From: Candidatus Omnitrophota bacterium
GTDB taxonomy: Bacteria > Omnitrophota > Gorgyraeia > Duberdicusellales > 4484-171
Assembly (NCBI GenBank): GCA_021735045.1
Contig: JAIPHU010000009.1
Location: forward strand, 1 to 32,000
DNA: 32,000 bases
Reading direction: 5' to 3'
A program made the position numbers and the translations under genes. Numbering within the stretch: position 1 is the first letter of the stretch; each line of letters starts with the position of its first letter. A model generated the notes under the pieces. The model was given only the letters and a program-made list of their open reading frames with translations. It was not told the DNA's origin and searched no databases. Below are positions 31,875-32,000 of this stretch, piece after piece.

Positions 31875-31903
31875 ATTATATCATTTTTCAACTAGTTTGT
31901 AAA
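31875..31903 (-). promoter_or_regulatory. Near-consensus sigma70-type promoter directly abutting the 91-aa ORF
   Basis: The minus strand reads TTTACA-17 nt-TATAAT. The GTG at 31866-31868 begins 7 nt after the -10 element. Confidence 0.5.
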
Positions 31904-32000
31904 TTCGGTTCTCTTTGATCTTGATCTGTTTGTTGTATATAAGCTGAGGCGATTAGCAAAACCGTAAAGGGTGAAACAAAAAGCCCCAATAGATAACCTA
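31888..32000 (-). CDS. C-terminal fragment of an upstream (probably membrane) protein
   Basis: The open frame entering from the window end reads GYLLGLFVSPFTVLLIASAYIQQTDQDQREPNLQTS, then TGA at 31888-31890. Only 36 codons are visible, so coding status is tentative. Confidence 0.35.
   Translation of the reverse strand, partial: GYLLGLFVSPFTVLLIASAYIQQTDQDQREPNLQTS

Overview
This is a low-GC bacterial window, roughly one third G+C by eye. Every gene I can support lies on the minus strand, and many stop/start junctions overlap.

Positions 15.5-31.2 kb hold a housekeeping array: ruvB, scpA, trpS, infB, nusA, rimP, proS, an orphan CpaF/TadA-like ATPase, ispG, rseP, dxr, cdsA and uppS. A coiled-coil membrane protein and an OmpA-like lipoprotein follow, which together with the secretin implies a diderm envelope.

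Positions 1-12.2 kb hold a non-canonical type II secretion / type IV pilus-like locus. In transcription order it encodes:
- a small HTH protein
- a PilP/GspC-like anchor
- a secreted HExxH protein
- a secretin split into two ORFs, the pore subunit carrying a TPR tail
- an MshE/GspE-type ATPase with tandem c-di-GMP-type motifs
- three pilin genes
- an ABC-2 transporter, a TPR protein and an unknown membrane protein
- a fourth pilin gene that runs off the window

No platform protein, prepilin peptidase or PilMNO is visible. Upstream of the locus is a separately transcribed 1021-aa membrane protein with a GNAT domain.

Two things are not explained by the ORF track. First, 7-8 nt tandem repeat arrays fill five housekeeping leaders. 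Second, a 33-aa basic Cys3His peptide gene has its own promoter, SD and terminator.

No rRNA, tRNA, CRISPR, transposase or integrase was seen. An uncultivated diderm lineage (Omnitrophota-like?) is only a guess.
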